Below are positions 29,024 through 37,713 of a stretch of DNA of 64,000 bases, in pieces. The notes beneath the pieces are model-generated. The model made no database searches and was not told where the DNA came from. It saw only the letters and a list, made by a program, of their open reading frames with translations. Made by a program: the position numbers and the translations under genes. The stretch covers positions 87,154 through 151,153 of the forward strand of contig JACDHS010000001.1 of NCBI GenBank assembly GCA_013820875.1, read 5' to 3'. This stretch comes from Verrucomicrobiota bacterium (lineage in GTDB: Bacteria; Verrucomicrobiota; Verrucomicrobiia; Limisphaerales; JACDHS01). Each line of letters starts with the position of its first letter. The first letter of the stretch is position 1.

Positions 29024-30052
29024 TTAACGAGTCTGTTGAATGCGTCGCACGAGTTCTCCGATTTTTCCCTGGCTGTACTTTGCGAGAACCGGTTCCGTCG
29101 CTTTGCGAAATGGTTCCGCATCAACTTCGAAAATTTCCACGCCTGCCTTTTTCAATTCGGCTAATGCCTTGTCGCTTTCCTCGGCCCAAAGTTTGCGTTG
29201 AAAATCGCTCGATTCATCGGCCGCCTGTTGCAACCAGCCTTGTTCTTCAGGAGAAAGGCGCTCCCAAATTTTTGAACTCACGATAAGCACATCGGGAACG
29301 CGCGTGTGATGATTGAGCGTGAAATATTTGCAAACCTCGTAATGGCGACTGGAGAGGTAGCTCGGTGGATTGTTTTCTGCGCCATCGACCACGCGCTGTT
29401 GCAACGCCGTATAGAGTTCGCCCCATGGAATCGGCGTGGACGACCCGCCAAGCGCCTGCACGAGTTCCATGGCGACCGGATCGTTGTTGGTGCGAATCTT
29501 CTTACCTTTGAGATCCTGGGGGGAACGCACCGGTTCTTTTGTGTAAAAACTCCGGCTGCCCGCGTCGTAGAAGCAAAGTCCCCGCAAGCCGCTGGATTGC
29601 CCGTCATCGGCAGTGCCGAGCAAGGTTAATAGCTCTTGCGCGAACGGCCCGTCCAAAACTTTCCAGCAATGTTCCGCATCGCGAAAAAGATAAGGCAGCC
29701 CAAACACTTTGTAGGTCGCAACAAAATTGCCGATTGCGCCTGCGCCGACTTTGGTGATGGCGAGTGTGCCAGCCTGGACTTGCTCGAGACATTGAACCTC
29801 GCTGCCGAGTTGTTCGCTTGGAAAGATTTCCAGTTTCAGGCGACCACCCGATAGTTCCTCGGCGCGTCGGGCCATCAATTCGATGCCGCGATGAACCGGA
29901 TGCGACGTGGGGAGAACATGAGCGACACGCAGCACGCGCGTGGAACGATCCACTGTTCTAGTCGAATTCCGCGCCACGAAGGAGAACATCACCGAAGCGC
30001 CCACGATCCCAACGAGCAAGCCGACGACAAAAAATGAAATTGTTTTATTCAC
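29024..30052 (-). CDS. dctP: TRAP transporter substrate-binding protein (DctP family)
   Basis: An N-terminal anchor is followed by a DctP-like fold with FPSEQLGSE, AITKVGAGAIGNF, GLPYLFRD and IRTNNDPV. The gene order is P-Q-M. Confidence 0.9.
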   Translation of the reverse strand: MNKTISFFVVGLLVGIVGASVMFSFVARNSTRTVDRSTRVLRVAHVLPTSHPVHRGIELMARRAEELSGGRLKLEIFPSEQLGSEVQCLEQVQAGTLAITKVGAGAIGNFVATYKVFGLPYLFRDAEHCWKVLDGPFAQELLTLLGTADDGQSSGLRGLCFYDAGSRSFYTKEPVRSPQDLKGKKIRTNNDPVAMELVQALGGSSTPIPWGELYTALQQRVVDGAENNPPSYLSSRHYEVCKYFTLNHHTRVPDVLIVSSKIWERLSPEEQGWLQQAADESSDFQRKLWAEESDKALAELKKAGVEIFEVDAEPFRKATEPVLAKYSQGKIGELVRRIQQTR

Positions 30053-30204
30053 GGACAGTTTGTAGTGCCGAGTTGCTCACAGACACGCCGTTCATTTTCC
30101 CACAAAGTGCGTGAGCCGCAATTTAAAAGGCCAGCGTAAAACGGGCAACGCACCGATTCGTTCATTCAAACCGATGCGTTGCCTAATGTTAGTTTCCTGA
30201 ATTT

Positions 30205-32397
30205 TTATTCCGCGAGCACAACGCGATAGAACCGTTGTGGCACTGCGCTCAATCCGGAGTTGGTAAACGATGTTGAAGAATCCGTCGCAGTCACTGTTCC
30301 ATGAGTTGTCCAACCGCCGCCATTGAGCGCGTCCCTGGATTGCACCTGGTAATCTTGTCCGGCAACTGAATCCCAGGTCAGCTTAACCGAATCTGCGCTG
30401 AGTCGCTCCACCGTGGTGATTGCGAACGAAGGCGCTCCGGAAGTTTTTTCAACCTTGAAAAGTTTGATATCAAAACTTGTCGCGGTTTGAGTGTTGTTCG
30501 CTGGACGCATTGCGAATGTATCGAATCCAATGTAGTTGCTGCCAGTTGTGTCGGTCTCGCTGTGCGCAACTTCAAAACCGTTTGGCCCGGTGATCCGCGC
30601 GCTGATGCTTACAGCGCCGCCATGAGCGTGTGTGATCGAAATCTCATTTGTATAGGTGTTGCCATCTTGAAATCCAGGAGCGCCGTCCGATGCGCCACCC
30701 GAACCGAGGCTGGTGAAATCAGTGTCAGCCGAAACCATCAAGCCCGCCGCTCCAAGATTTGTGCGAGTGCGAAACCGAAGTGGTGGTGGGTTGAACGCGT
30801 TCGTATGGAACACGGTGCTGAAGTTCACATCCATCATGTACCCCGTGACATTTTCACCTTGAACATTGCCGGAGCTGACATTTGCCGTCAGCCGGTTTGC
30901 CCCTGGGGCTGAGTAATTAAACAATCCAAAGCGCAAGGCCGCGCTGGTGTTGTCAGTCACACCTTGCGGAATGAATACCAGTGTTGCCTTGATCGTTTCG
31001 CCCGGATTCAAATGAACGTAATCGCTGGAAGTAAAATGTGTCAGCCAGGTTCGTGAACCGGATTGTGGAGTGCCGATCAGGGAACCAGCGCTGCTGGAAA
31101 GCCCGGGGGTGGATGTCGATCCACCGGCAAACCAGGCTGATTCAATATCACCGTCCTCATCGCTGTCCACGCCAGTTTCAGAATACACTGGCGGCGCGGG
31201 ATCGGATAAGGTGCCGTCTGTCCAGGTGTCTCGCACGATGACACCGCCGATTGTAGGAGCGGAATTTACCGTGAGTATCGCCGCAGCGGACTCCACAGTG
31301 GAGCTGTCGCAGGAAACGTTGACAATGCAGCGATACTGATTGCCATTGTCCGCGAGCGACAAAACCGGGGTGATGTAACTCGTGGAATTTTCGCCACTTC
31401 CTTCGCTCACGTTGTCCCAGGTGCTCCCGCTGTTCACGCTGATTTGCCACTGATAAGTTGGGGTGCTGCCACTCGCGTCGATAGAAAAAGTAGCCGTTTG
31501 CCCGATGATTCTTGAAGTGTCTGACGGATCGGCAGCGACACCCGCTGGGTTGCATGCCGAAGAAGCCGGCGTCACGTCGGTCCAACTCGAACCAATGCGA
31601 ACATTGTCGATCTGGCTAATCCCGTTGGCCGCGCCCGACCAGGCCCGCAGGAAAAGATATTGAATACCGGTAGGATCGGCCGTCACTCCGGTATTGGTGG
31701 CTGCCACATCTGCGGCAGGCTCAGCCCCCCCAAATGTGCCGCTGCTCGGATTGACCCAAAGCGTCACAGTATCTGAACCTTCAAGGAAGTCGTATTTCGC
31801 GACAACGAGGACCGTATCATCCAGATTGAGATTGGTCGGCGCAAACGCAACGCCCGTACCGCCGCTCCCGGATCCTTGTCCTTTCCTCACCCCCACCTGA
31901 TAAGTCGTTGTTGTGATTTGTTTGACGTTGATGTGGAGAGCAGAACTCGCGTTGCCCGAACTGAAACTGAAAGCGCCATCATCATCCAAACCAATGATTG
32001 TAGCGCCGGCAGTCGTTGGGATCGCGGTCTGTTTCAACAGGAAGGAGATGTAAACGCTGCCACTGCTGACGCCAGTGACATTGAAGGTCCTGCCGATGGA
32101 TTGATTTGAAGTATTTCCGATCTGGACTTTGTTCCCCGGATTCGCTGGTTCGGCCATACCGCTCAATTCCAGACTGCCCGCTTGAATTGCTATTTGTGAG
32201 CCGCCGCTGCCAGTCGTCCAGGCTGGTGCAGTAGAAGAGCTGAGTGTCCCCGCGTTATAATTGAACGCATCCTCCATGAACAAGGTCGCCCGCGCGCTTT
32301 GCGAAAGCAGAAAGCTGCTTGCGATTATGCACAGATGGAATGCGGAACGACCGAAGGCGCCCCTGGGAGTGAATGTTTTGTGATTGGCTCGCTTCAT
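30205..32397 (-). CDS. Secreted modular protein without a recognisable catalytic domain (module A + Ig-like + module B + C-terminal FYRV beta-sandwich)
   Basis: It has a signal peptide. The N-terminal module is homologous to the N-terminus of the lyase at 42850-45090. It has an Ig I-set-like domain (TPTYQWQ...NGNQYRCIV). The middle module is homologous to the N-terminus of the lyase at 37714-40179. The C-terminus ends ...PQRFYRVVLAE. Confidence 0.7.
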   Translation of the reverse strand: MKRANHKTFTPRGAFGRSAFHLCIIASSFLLSQSARATLFMEDAFNYNAGTLSSSTAPAWTTGSGGSQIAIQAGSLELSGMAEPANPGNKVQIGNTSNQSIGRTFNVTGVSSGSVYISFLLKQTAIPTTAGATIIGLDDDGAFSFSSGNASSALHINVKQITTTTYQVGVRKGQGSGSGGTGVAFAPTNLNLDDTVLVVAKYDFLEGSDTVTLWVNPSSGTFGGAEPAADVAATNTGVTADPTGIQYLFLRAWSGAANGISQIDNVRIGSSWTDVTPASSACNPAGVAADPSDTSRIIGQTATFSIDASGSTPTYQWQISVNSGSTWDNVSEGSGENSTSYITPVLSLADNGNQYRCIVNVSCDSSTVESAAAILTVNSAPTIGGVIVRDTWTDGTLSDPAPPVYSETGVDSDEDGDIESAWFAGGSTSTPGLSSSAGSLIGTPQSGSRTWLTHFTSSDYVHLNPGETIKATLVFIPQGVTDNTSAALRFGLFNYSAPGANRLTANVSSGNVQGENVTGYMMDVNFSTVFHTNAFNPPPLRFRTRTNLGAAGLMVSADTDFTSLGSGGASDGAPGFQDGNTYTNEISITHAHGGAVSISARITGPNGFEVAHSETDTTGSNYIGFDTFAMRPANNTQTATSFDIKLFKVEKTSGAPSFAITTVERLSADSVKLTWDSVAGQDYQVQSRDALNGGGWTTHGTVTATDSSTSFTNSGLSAVPQRFYRVVLAE

Positions 32398-32561
32398 ATA
32401 AATGTGTGTTTCAGTTTTCAGGTTATTGGTTGAATCCTGTCGCTGGCCTGGTTTTTGGATTTACTGAGTTTATTAAAAAACTGGTCTCTGGCGAAATAGC
32501 GGTTTGTGCATAACTGTTTGAAAATATTGCACATCGCAAACTGCTAAGTTCATTCAAACAA

Positions 32562-34034
32562 TCATTCCAACCCAGTGCCTGACGTATTGATGAAGTTCAC
32601 TCTATCCGCGAACGTCACCACACTCTTCTGCTGGGTGTTCTTGAATTCACAATTGGCAATCGTCACGTCAGTGATTTTTGCATCATCGGAAATTCCTTCG
32701 ATCACGATCGCCTGCTTCAGGTCGTCAAACGTCACGTTGCGAATATCGATATTGCGAACGAACGGGATCGCGGCGCCTTCCACAATTTTGTCGTATCGCA
32801 TCGTCATGTGAATGCCTGTGATCGCCTTCTTCACCGTGCAATTCCTGACGTAGAAATCTTCAATAAATCCGCCGCGTTTCGGATTTGTTTTAAGCCGAAT
32901 TGCCATTTTCAGATCCGGGCTGTCGAAATGGCAATTCTCAGCAAAAACATTCCTGACTCCACCCGCTGTTTCACTGCCCGCCGTCACTCCCCCATGTCCG
33001 GCGGAGAATTTGCAATTCCGAATGATTATGTTCTGGCTCGGAATATTTACGCGACGGCCATCAGTATCGCGCCCGGCTTTGATCGCGATGCAATCGTCAT
33101 CGGTGTTGAACACACAATCCTCGATCAAGACGTCGGTGCTGGATTCAGGATTGCACCCGTCGGTATTGGGCGCTTTGCCGTTCTTTCCTTTTGTATCAAT
33201 CGTCACGCCGCGCACGGTCACATTCGTGCAATATACCGGATTCAACGCCCACATGGGCGCGTCGATCAGGCGAATGCCCTCGATCAAAACATTCCGACAG
33301 CGAATGGGCTGAACAAAATTCGGACGCAGCATGTGGCCTTCGCCAAAAACCCGTTCCTTTACTGGAACATTCTTGTCACCCATTTCCACCAAGCGTTTTT
33401 CATCGGGTTTCCCGCTTTGTTTCCATTGGTGCCAAACGGATTTGGAACCTTGACCGTCGAGTGTGCCTTCGCCAGTGATCGCAATATTTTCCTGCTCAAA
33501 AGCATAAATAAATGGGGAATAATTCATCACTTCAGTGCTTTCATACCGTGCGAAAACCACAGGTAAAAAGTTCGCGGTGTTGGTGCTGAAACGAATCGTC
33601 GCGTCTTTGACAATGTGCAAATTGACATTGCTCTTGAGATGAATTGCGCCAGTCAAAAAGGTTCCTTTTGGGACAACCACTTTTCCGCCGCCGGCTTTAT
33701 TGCACGCATCAATTGCTTTTCTGAAAGCGTCGGTGGAATCGGTTTCGCCATCGGCCACCGCCCCGAATGTCGTGATCACAAACTCGCGATCCGGGAATTT
33801 GGGCGCAACGATGCGCGCCAGGATTTCGGGAACTTTCGCCCACGCTCGTTCGGCGGCTTGAGTAGCAACTTCATCGCTCTCCGCTGGCTTATTTTCCGCC
33901 GCTACACCTGAAGAAATCAGAAACAGCGCAACAAAAGCGGCAACCAGGATGTTACACTGCCTGAAATGGAGCGCCGGTTTACAGCCTGCTTTGAAATTCG
34001 AGCGATCATCCGGCAAATATTTTGAAGCGAACAT
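32562..34034 (-). CDS. Glycoside hydrolase family 28 (polygalacturonase / exo-poly-alpha-galacturonosidase)
   Basis: GH28 signature blocks NTDGCNP, DDDCIAIKAG, GHGGVTAGSE and IRLKT. The start is taken at MFASKYL...VAAFVALFLISSGVAA (signal peptide; ATG = complement of 34032-34034). The tracked ORF's 105-aa upstream extension is rejected. Confidence 0.9.
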   Translation of the reverse strand: MFASKYLPDDRSNFKAGCKPALHFRQCNILVAAFVALFLISSGVAAENKPAESDEVATQAAERAWAKVPEILARIVAPKFPDREFVITTFGAVADGETDSTDAFRKAIDACNKAGGGKVVVPKGTFLTGAIHLKSNVNLHIVKDATIRFSTNTANFLPVVFARYESTEVMNYSPFIYAFEQENIAITGEGTLDGQGSKSVWHQWKQSGKPDEKRLVEMGDKNVPVKERVFGEGHMLRPNFVQPIRCRNVLIEGIRLIDAPMWALNPVYCTNVTVRGVTIDTKGKNGKAPNTDGCNPESSTDVLIEDCVFNTDDDCIAIKAGRDTDGRRVNIPSQNIIIRNCKFSAGHGGVTAGSETAGGVRNVFAENCHFDSPDLKMAIRLKTNPKRGGFIEDFYVRNCTVKKAITGIHMTMRYDKIVEGAAIPFVRNIDIRNVTFDDLKQAIVIEGISDDAKITDVTIANCEFKNTQQKSVVTFADRVNFINTSGTGLE

Positions 34035-34129
34035 AAGGGGGAGTTTATCGTAAGTTGCGTCATGAGAAAGAGCAACTTCTGCAAAAGGAGTTGAAAAGAT
34101 TGCACACCTTCGACAACCTGTTGAATACC

Positions 34130-35314
34130 ATGATAAAAAAGCAGAAGCGGGTTTTGCTCGCGCTTGGATGGTACGATTACCGCCTGCATCGGGGTATCGA
34201 AAAGTACGCGCAGGAAAGCGGTTGGTACCTTTACACCAATCTGGCGAGGGAAAAGGTACTGCCATGGGGATGGGAAGGCGACGGCATATTGGCGTGGCTC
34301 GGGGCTGGAGAAGATCTCGCTGATTTCGTCGTGCATTCAAACAAGCCAACCGTGGACTTCAGTTTCCGCAGGCAACAATTGGGTTTTCCTCGTGTTCTCG
34401 AAGATCACGCGCACGCTGCGTATCTTGTGGCAGATCATTTTCTCTCGCGCGGCTTCAAAAACTTCATGTTTTACAGCGACACAGACAACTGGTCTTACGA
34501 GGAGCGCGGGACCGCATTCGTTCAGGCTCTGAAAGATGCAGGCCATGTTGCGCAATGGCTGCGCTGGCATCAATCGGAGGCTTACGTCCGGTGGTTGATG
34601 CCCAGGATGGAACCGGTTTCATTCCGCAAAGATAAAAAACAATGGAAGGGCAAACGCGACTGGCTGGTTGCAGAACTTAAAAAAGCGCCGAAACCACTCG
34701 CCGTCTTCGCCGCGAATGACGATCAAGCGCTGGACATTCTCGAATCCTGCGAGATCGCAGGCATTACGGTTCCTGAACAAGTCGCCATTGTTGGCGCCGA
34801 AAATTACCTGCTTGCCCCAGACGTGATGCACACGCCGATCTCCAGCGTTGATACCAACCTGGAAAGCCTGGGGTATCGCGGGGCGGAATTGCTCAATCAA
34901 TTAATGAACGGCAAAGCCCCGCCTGTTACTCCAATTCGCGTCCCAGCAGCCGGAATTGTCACGCGAAAAAGCAGCGATCTCATGGCAGTCACTCACAAAG
35001 GGGTCGCAAAAAGTCTCCGCTTCATCTGGGAACATTGCCACGAACCAATCTGCGTCAAGAATCTCGTGGATGTGGCTGCGATGTCCCGGCGTGGATTGCA
35101 CAAAGCCTTTCTCGAAAACCTGGGACGCACACCGGGCGACGAGTTGCAGCGGGTGCGAATTGAACGGGCAAAAAGGTTGCTGAGCGAAACGGACCACAAA
35201 ATGGAGGTCCTCGCTGGAATGTGCGGGTATCAAAGCGCCAACAGTTTCTGCGTCTCATTCAAAAACACGACAGGCATGTCCCCCAAGGCATACCGCGACA
35301 CCATGGTTCGTTAA
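34130..35314 (+). CDS. XylR-type regulator: periplasmic-binding-protein-like sensor domain + AraC-family HTH
   Basis: MIKKQKRVLLALGWYDYRLHRGI... is the sugar-binding-like domain. The C-terminal AraC HTH reads SLRFIWEHCHEPICVKNLVDVAAMSRRGLHKAF...GYQSANSFCVSFKNTTGMSPKAYR. It is divergent from the GH28 gene. Confidence 0.85.
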   Translation: MIKKQKRVLLALGWYDYRLHRGIEKYAQESGWYLYTNLAREKVLPWGWEGDGILAWLGAGEDLADFVVHSNKPTVDFSFRRQQLGFPRVLEDHAHAAYLVADHFLSRGFKNFMFYSDTDNWSYEERGTAFVQALKDAGHVAQWLRWHQSEAYVRWLMPRMEPVSFRKDKKQWKGKRDWLVAELKKAPKPLAVFAANDDQALDILESCEIAGITVPEQVAIVGAENYLLAPDVMHTPISSVDTNLESLGYRGAELLNQLMNGKAPPVTPIRVPAAGIVTRKSSDLMAVTHKGVAKSLRFIWEHCHEPICVKNLVDVAAMSRRGLHKAFLENLGRTPGDELQRVRIERAKRLLSETDHKMEVLAGMCGYQSANSFCVSFKNTTGMSPKAYRDTMVR

Positions 35315-35504
35315 TCCCAAGCGCGACTTGGACGACTGCGCTTCGACCACTCGCTTCCAAGGTCTCGCGCGTGCCGAATTTTCACTTTTGTTTGCAAAAA
35401 AGCTTCAGCGAACGAATGCCCGCCTTTTGCTAGGATAGAAAGAGAACCAGCGCAACAACGGCGGACAACAATGCAACCGGAGCTGGCTGTATTTTTCACG
35501 TCGA

Positions 35505-37052
35505 TTGAAAATAATGAAAGTCACCCGGCACCACGTTTGCGCTCTATTACTCCACGTCTCTATTTTCTGCGCGCATGGATCGCTCAGGGACGCCGCGCTC
35601 TCGCCCGCCAACCTTGCCACGAACGTCTGCATTGATACGCCGCTGCAAATCGCATTCGATTCTGCTCCTCCAATCTCCACGAGTGAGAAAGCTGCTCAGA
35701 TGCGAGATACCGCGCATGTTCTCGGCGATTGGGGTGAAAAATTCACCAAAAAACATGCGACGCGACAAATTCCCGCATTCCCCGGTGCGGAAGGTTTTGC
35801 CGCAAATATCACCGGAGGTCGCGGTGGGCGCGTGATTACCGTGACAAATTTGAACGATAACGGGCCGGGCAGCTTGCGCGATGCGCTAAAGCAAAAGGGG
35901 CCGCGCACAATCATTTTCAATGTTTCAGGAACCATTCCGTTGCAGTCAGCCCTCGAAGTGAAAAATGGCGACGTGACAATCGCCGGACAAACCGCGCCCG
36001 GCGACGGCATCTGCTTGAAGAATTATAATTTTGAGATTTCGAACGTCACAAATGTAATCGTGCGTCATCTGCGATTTCGTTTGGGCGACCTGACCCAACA
36101 GGAAATAGATGCGGTCAGCGGGAGTGATTCTGAAGACATTATTTTGGACCATTGCTCGATGAGCTGGGGCATCGATGAATGCCTGTCACTCTATCGTGTC
36201 AGAAATTTGACCGTCCAATGGTGTCTCGTGAGCGAAAGTCTCTGGGCTTCCGCGCACCGCAAAGGAAACCATGGCTATGCGGGAATTTGGGGCGGCACAA
36301 ATGCCTCATGGCACCATAATCTGATCGCGCATCATTCAAGTCGCAATCCGCGCTTCTCCCGCGACGGGCAGAACGTGGATTTTCGCAATAACGTCATTTA
36401 CAACTGGGGTTTTAACAGCATTTACGGTGGCGAACGTTCGACCATTAATCTGATTAACAATTTCTTCAAATCTGGACCTGCGACAGAGAAAAAATGTTTA
36501 AATCGCATTGTCGATGCAGGCATGGAAGGGAGTCGCTGGTTCATTTCAGGAAATTACGTTGCGGGTTTCCCAGGGATTTCTGCAAACAATTGGAACGGCG
36601 GGGTGCATAATCCTCATTCACCCATCGCCGAACTTCGCGCCGAAGCGCCGTTTCCTTTTGCACCGATTGAAACGCAATCCGCCGAACGCGCGTATCAACT
36701 CGTGCTGGAGAACGTGGGCGCGACCTTGCCTCGCCGCGATTCGGTGGATTCTCGCGTCATCGAAGAGGTGCGCGGTGGTACAGCTAAATTTGGCGAAACC
36801 TATCGTGGCGGCGGTAACGGCATCATCAATTCGCAGAAAACCGTTGGCGGTTGGCCGGAATTGAAATCCACAACGCCTCCGCTCGACAGCGACGGTGACG
36901 GCATGCCCGACTATTGGGAAAAACAATTCGGTCTGAATCCAAACGATCCATCCGATGGCGCACAGGACAAGGATGGCGATGGCTACACAAATCTCGAAGA
37001 ATATCTCAACGGAACGAATCCCACAGAGTTCATTGATTACACGAAGGCATAA
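35505..37052 (+). CDS. Pectate lyase (PL1-like beta-helix) with C-terminal Asp-rich calcium-binding-type repeats
   Basis: AFPGAEGFAANITGGRGGRVITVTNLNDNGPGSLRDAL, TIAGQTAPGDGI, VIVRHLRFRLGD, ILDHCSMSWGIDE and SSRNPRF. The C-terminus is DSDGDGMPDYWE...DKDGDGYTNLEEY. Confidence 0.85.
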   Translation: MKIMKVTRHHVCALLLHVSIFCAHGSLRDAALSPANLATNVCIDTPLQIAFDSAPPISTSEKAAQMRDTAHVLGDWGEKFTKKHATRQIPAFPGAEGFAANITGGRGGRVITVTNLNDNGPGSLRDALKQKGPRTIIFNVSGTIPLQSALEVKNGDVTIAGQTAPGDGICLKNYNFEISNVTNVIVRHLRFRLGDLTQQEIDAVSGSDSEDIILDHCSMSWGIDECLSLYRVRNLTVQWCLVSESLWASAHRKGNHGYAGIWGGTNASWHHNLIAHHSSRNPRFSRDGQNVDFRNNVIYNWGFNSIYGGERSTINLINNFFKSGPATEKKCLNRIVDAGMEGSRWFISGNYVAGFPGISANNWNGGVHNPHSPIAELRAEAPFPFAPIETQSAERAYQLVLENVGATLPRRDSVDSRVIEEVRGGTAKFGETYRGGGNGIINSQKTVGGWPELKSTTPPLDSDGDGMPDYWEKQFGLNPNDPSDGAQDKDGDGYTNLEEYLNGTNPTEFIDYTKA

Positions 37053-37378
37053 AATAACGTGTACTCGTTGCGTAGCCCCCATCGGATCGGGGCTGGGCTT
37101 TGTCACGGAATCCCTTTGGGAATCAGGAGATGTGGCAAGGATGCACGGAACGCCGCATTTATGCGGCAGCAGACTCCCGAACCCCAAAACGGTGCCCAGA
37201 ACTGCCGCGTTCGGAACAGATTCACGTTCCTGCCGGATGAATCCGGCGTTCCGTTGCAATTTCAACTGAATCGTTCCGGCTTAACGTGGAAAAAGGGTAA
37301 AATCCGAGTCAAAAAGTCGTAAGTCATTTCGCTGGAGGGAGTTCCAGCATGGAGTGGGTTAAAAAAGGCGCGATGGAG

Positions 37379-37666
37379 GTCCTCCAAACTATTCTGGAGC
37401 GCTAAAATCGGCAATTTTAGTCCTCCAAACTATTCTGGAGCGTTAAAATCGGCAATTTCAGTCCTCCAAACTATTATGGAGCGCTAAAATCGGCAATTTT
37501 AGTCCTCCAAACTATTTTGGAGCGCTAAAATCGGCAATTTCAGTCCTCCAAACTATTTTGGAGCGTTAAAATCGGCAATTTTAGTCCTCCAAACTATTTT
37601 GGAGCGTTAAAATCGGCAATTTCAGTCTTCCAAAACATTTTGGAGACTCAAAATTGCTGTCGGAAC
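37379..37666. repeat. 41-bp tandem repeat array, 7 copies
   Basis: The unit is gtcctccaaactattttggagcgttaaaatcggcaatttta. Unit starts at 37379 and 37420, and every 41 bp thereafter. Each unit has the dyad ctccaaa-N4-tttggag. Unit ends alternate tttta/tttca, giving an 82-bp higher-order period. Confidence 0.9.
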
Positions 37667-37713
37667 CGTTATAGACAGCCAATCCGTGAAATAAAGGCTC
37701 GCGGTTGCGCAGA

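Noticed and set aside
34035-34349. 105-codon N-terminal extension of the GH28 ORF (and similar extensions at 2025-2102, 14603-14692, 25154-25255, 40180-40317, 55924-56220)
   Set aside because: The extensions precede obvious signal peptides, pilin leaders or conserved N-termini. They overlap divergent or upstream genes and have an Arg/Cys/Pro-rich non-protein-like composition. Internal ATGs give canonical N-termini.
36618-37322. ORFs 36618-37265 (-), 36955-37269 (+) and 37059-37322 (+) downstream of the pectate lyase
   Set aside because: They are antisense to the lyase 3' end or lie in a GC-rich repeat-like spacer (ggcgttccg-type motifs). They have no family motifs.
37379-37666. Possible CRISPR arrays (also 3769-3956 and 53828-54165)
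   Set aside because: The whole 41-43 bp unit is repeated head-to-tail with no unique spacers, so there is no repeat-spacer structure. No cas genes or leader-like region are present in the window.
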